The position numbers and the translations under genes were made by a program. Shown piece after piece: positions 6,590-9,946 of a DNA stretch of 9,946 bases. How positions within the stretch are numbered: the stretch's first letter is position 1; every line of letters starts with the position of its first letter. Origin of the DNA: Selaginella moellendorffii (taxonomy: Eukaryota; Plantae; Lycopodiophyta); assembly GCF_000143415.4 (NCBI RefSeq), contig NW_003314330.1, forward strand, positions 700,871 to 710,816. The letters run 5' to 3'. The notes beneath the pieces were generated by a model, which was not told the origin of the DNA, searched no databases, and saw only the letters and a program-made list of their open reading frames with translations.

Positions 6590-9500
6590 ACAAGGACATA
6601 GAGAGAGAAGCTAGCAGCCCCAACCCTCATAAGCAAAGAAACCAAACATGTCAGTAAGGTTTAAATAGATTACTGTACACAGGTAGTTAAAGTTGTTTAC
6701 ACAGTCATGCCCTTATGAACGGAATAAGGAACATCGATAGAGAGGTGGGTTATGTGACCAGTTTATAGTAGCTACCCCATGACTAAAGATTTCACCATGC
6801 ACACAAAGTGCCAAAGTTAGTCTGCTTATACTAGCCCAAATGCAAAGATCAAAAGATGGACAATATCAAAGTCATAGACAATGATATCGTAGAGACTTAA
6901 TTATCAGTGAATATATCTTAAATTAGAACATAAAAGTATTCCAAGTAAGTTATCATCCGATAAACTAGTATTATAGTATAGGAACCACCAAGATCATCAT
7001 TATTGGTAAACATAGGAATCACCATCCAACAAAATTCAATAGCAAATATATCATTAAAGAAACTCAATGATGAAACTTAACTACTGAAGATGGTAGATAG
7101 TATGCCAAACAACTTACTAAAGATAACTCAAAGAACATAAAATATCATCGACTAACAAGCAAAATACCCGCGAATGTATCACTTGAAGGAAATAACATCC
7201 CAATCTATCATAACAAACTTGAGCAATAATCAACAAAACAGAATGAATGCGGTAAAATCAACAAACATTCATTCATGCTAACTATCGCACTATGCCATTT
7301 GAATAGATCCAAGTCAACAATATCGAAGAACTAGAGTTGCTCAAGCAAGTGTCAGCAACATCCTACTGATGTCTCAAACCCAATAAACTAATCTAGAGCA
7401 GACCACAAAAATCATGTGGTATTGCGGAAAAGCCACAAGCCATCAAAGAGAATAACTAACTATCATGAAGATCATCAATCATCCCATCAATGAAGAGATG
7501 TATAATCATCGTTAAAGAAAAAATCCACCATTCTGAAGAACAACAAATCATTTTATATCAATAACAATCAAATAAAACCTTTTTGGTAAGGATAATCAAC
7601 TATCCTAGATAATAGTCAATCATCACCAATGATTACCAAATGCAAATACCAATTTTAATATCGAAGCTAACAAGCTAAAATGCCTTCCCTAACAACTTTN
7701 NNNNNNNNNNNNNNNNNNNNNNNNNNNNNNNNNNNNNNNNNNNNNNNNNNNNNNNNNNNNNNNNNNNNNNNNNNNNNNNNNNNNNNNNNNNNNNNNNNNN
7801 NNNNNNNNNNNNNNNNNNNNNNNNNNNNNNNNNNNNNNNNNNNNNNNNNNNNNNNNTCATGGTACAACCCACAATATCCTCCTCAACACATCCATAGCCC
7901 AAAGTTCATAATGCAAAGTTAATGAAGAGCATCTCTGCATCATTCCAAAAGCTAAGCATAATAAAGGTATGCTCAGCAAGTGATCATTAAATGATCCTCC
8001 ATGAATCCATCTATAACAAGACGTAATTCGCTTCATAACAAACATAAGAAGAATCATCAATGATCAATATATCCTAACTCAAATCCAACAAAGATTCAAT
8101 CATTTCAATATTGATCATTAACTCTTCCTCTTGTAGAGTTAGTATAGTCCACGACTAAATCACTTTTCAAGGAAAAGTTCAAAACTCAACCTTGACTAAG
8201 CAATCTCGTCTAGAATATAACTAACTAAAACTTGCCACTCAGTTCATTTAAACATCAATACAGTTGCTAACTAGCAATTGTACAAATGCCAATAATACAA
8301 AGTTACAGCCCAAGCATCAACATTATTTACATCAAGACTAATGAAACTTAATATCAATCATATGGAGAAACATCTCATCTCACTTGAATCTCAACATCAA
8401 TAATGTCAATAACAAGGTATCACTTCAATGCCATCAACACCAAAACAAATTTAAAAGAAAGCAAGAGTGAATCACCACTTAAAGCTCTTTAGCAACTAAG
8501 CTAACCAAAATCAAAAATACTATACTTAGTATTCGAGACCAATTCTTCAACAATACTCAATTATAGATAACACATCATCAAGGAGTGATTCACCATATCC
8601 AAGACTTAATAAAATCCAACACCATGAATTAAACATAACCAAATGATATTAACAAAGGTAGAATCAATATGCCAACATGGAAAACCCATGTAAGTCTAAT
8701 GACACGATCCTTCACAACACCATTCGGTAAAGTAAACCCATCACTAATAAATCTTCATCAAGTGAAGTAAGTATCAACAGTTCTCGACTAAATTTACGAG
8801 TAATCACTAGTTGTAAAGCAACTAACAATCATTCTTCAACTTGCTTTCATAAGACCCAACACTAAACTCATGTCATCAAGTCATATACTTTGGCCAACAT
8901 GAACGTAATATCCCAAGTACAAGACAAAAGTTCATGGACAAGCACAAACTAAATGACCATTCGAATCTAACTCAATTGCAATAAGCTTACCAATGCATTT
9001 AGCCAATAGCTCTGAGCATGCCTTTTTGAAGAGGTCAACTATGCATGATCAACACTCAGTCAAAACTAAAGTGAAAACCATGAGATGAACTTATATCGGT
9101 ACACAACCTCCTCATAGACAAATCTATAGTACAGGTACTAACATCTCAAACTTAAACAATTAAATTAAACATCACCATCCCCAGCCAAGGCATAAGGCCA
9201 CCAAGACCAAATCAAGATCAATGAGAGCTCACTATTCTCATAGAGTTTAATAAAATGCAAAGTGCAACCTACCAATAAGCATAATACTACAGAAGAAAGG
9301 CACAAGTGTCACCTTTCTAAAAAAGTGCAACGACCACTTTTCTACACCAACTCCAAACTCTATCCAACTCAATTATTTTAGCCCCAAAAGTTAGCATTCC
9401 TTTCGGGCGCATCATACAAACTATATATTAAAGTCTAAGGTAACCGAAGTCAACTCCAACCCTTTCACTAGTTTGTATTGGTTTACGAAAATGGAAGCAA

Positions 9501-9946
9501 AGTGATCAACAGATCAGTCATTGGAAAAGTCTAAGAAAATTTGTGGAAAAATTTCCATCCTAGAGAAGGAATGACTCTAAGTCTAGGAATACAAACTTTC
9601 AGACTCAATCAACTTCCTCCTACTAACAACTTCACATAGATTCTCCTCAACACAAATTCTTGAGACCCATAGTATGCTTAAGCATTGAACATCATGCCTA
9701 TATTTCCGAGATCTGACACCGACATTTGCAAAATGCAAAAATGAATATCCAAGGCTTGATCATGAAGACCATATCTTTGGATATCCACATTGCACTAACA
9801 CTTTTCTTCAATTACTTTCAAGATCCAATGTGAAACCAAAACAATAACAAGGAAAATGACATGGAAAATCAAGCTTTATAAAACATTCTTCGTCACTCGA
9901 ACAACAATGCCATTTCCACTAACACAAGTGCTAGCGATATCAATCC
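6590..9946 (-). mobile_element. Probable degenerate or non-coding internal region of the LTR element, running off the window
   Basis: Lies inside of the PPT/LTR. Sustained strand skew (plus strand A/C-rich, many caa/cat/atc motifs), and no credible ORF over 60 aa in 3.3 kb. I recognised no RT, RNase H or integrase motif, so no superfamily is assigned. Confidence 0.5.
7700..7856. other. Assembly gap (157 N)
   Basis: Run of N seen directly. Confidence 0.99.

Noticed and set aside
7667-8060. ORFs at the N gap
   Set aside because: Three are artefacts of the N run. The 67-aa one is short, abuts the gap and has no motif.
6590-9946. Assignment to Ty1/copia or Ty3/gypsy pol
   Set aside because: No RT, RNase H or integrase motif was seen in the parts translated by hand.
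1-9946. CRISPR array, tRNA/rRNA genes or a prokaryotic defence system
   Set aside because: No regularly spaced repeats or RNA gene signatures were seen, and the spliceosomal introns show this is eukaryotic DNA.

Overview
Eukaryotic, land-plant-type genomic DNA. The GT-AG introns are tiny (48-66 nt), as in compact genomes such as Selaginella; the organism is inferred, not shown. The window has three blocks. (1) 1-2950 is very AT-rich and holds one intact, intronless ORF (~1893-2711, +) that fuses an unrecognised ~130-150 aa N-terminal domain to a C-terminal GNA/bulb-type mannose-binding lectin domain. (2) 2980-~5100 (-) is a GC-rich, 8-exon plant subtilase (S8A) with an intact D/H/S triad. It has no recognisable 5' end, lacks the PA domain (in-frame), has one intron collapsed to 27 nt, one broken splice acceptor and two C-terminal frameshifts, so it is probably a pseudogene or captured fragment. 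A possible CACTA-type terminus lies just beyond the truncation point. (3) 5732-9946 is a probable LTR retrotransposon on the minus strand: an 849-bp TG...CA LTR, an adjacent polypurine tract, and a long strand-skewed internal region with no recognisable ORF and a 157-nt assembly gap. The chimeric lectin and the PA-less subtilase are the most interesting items.
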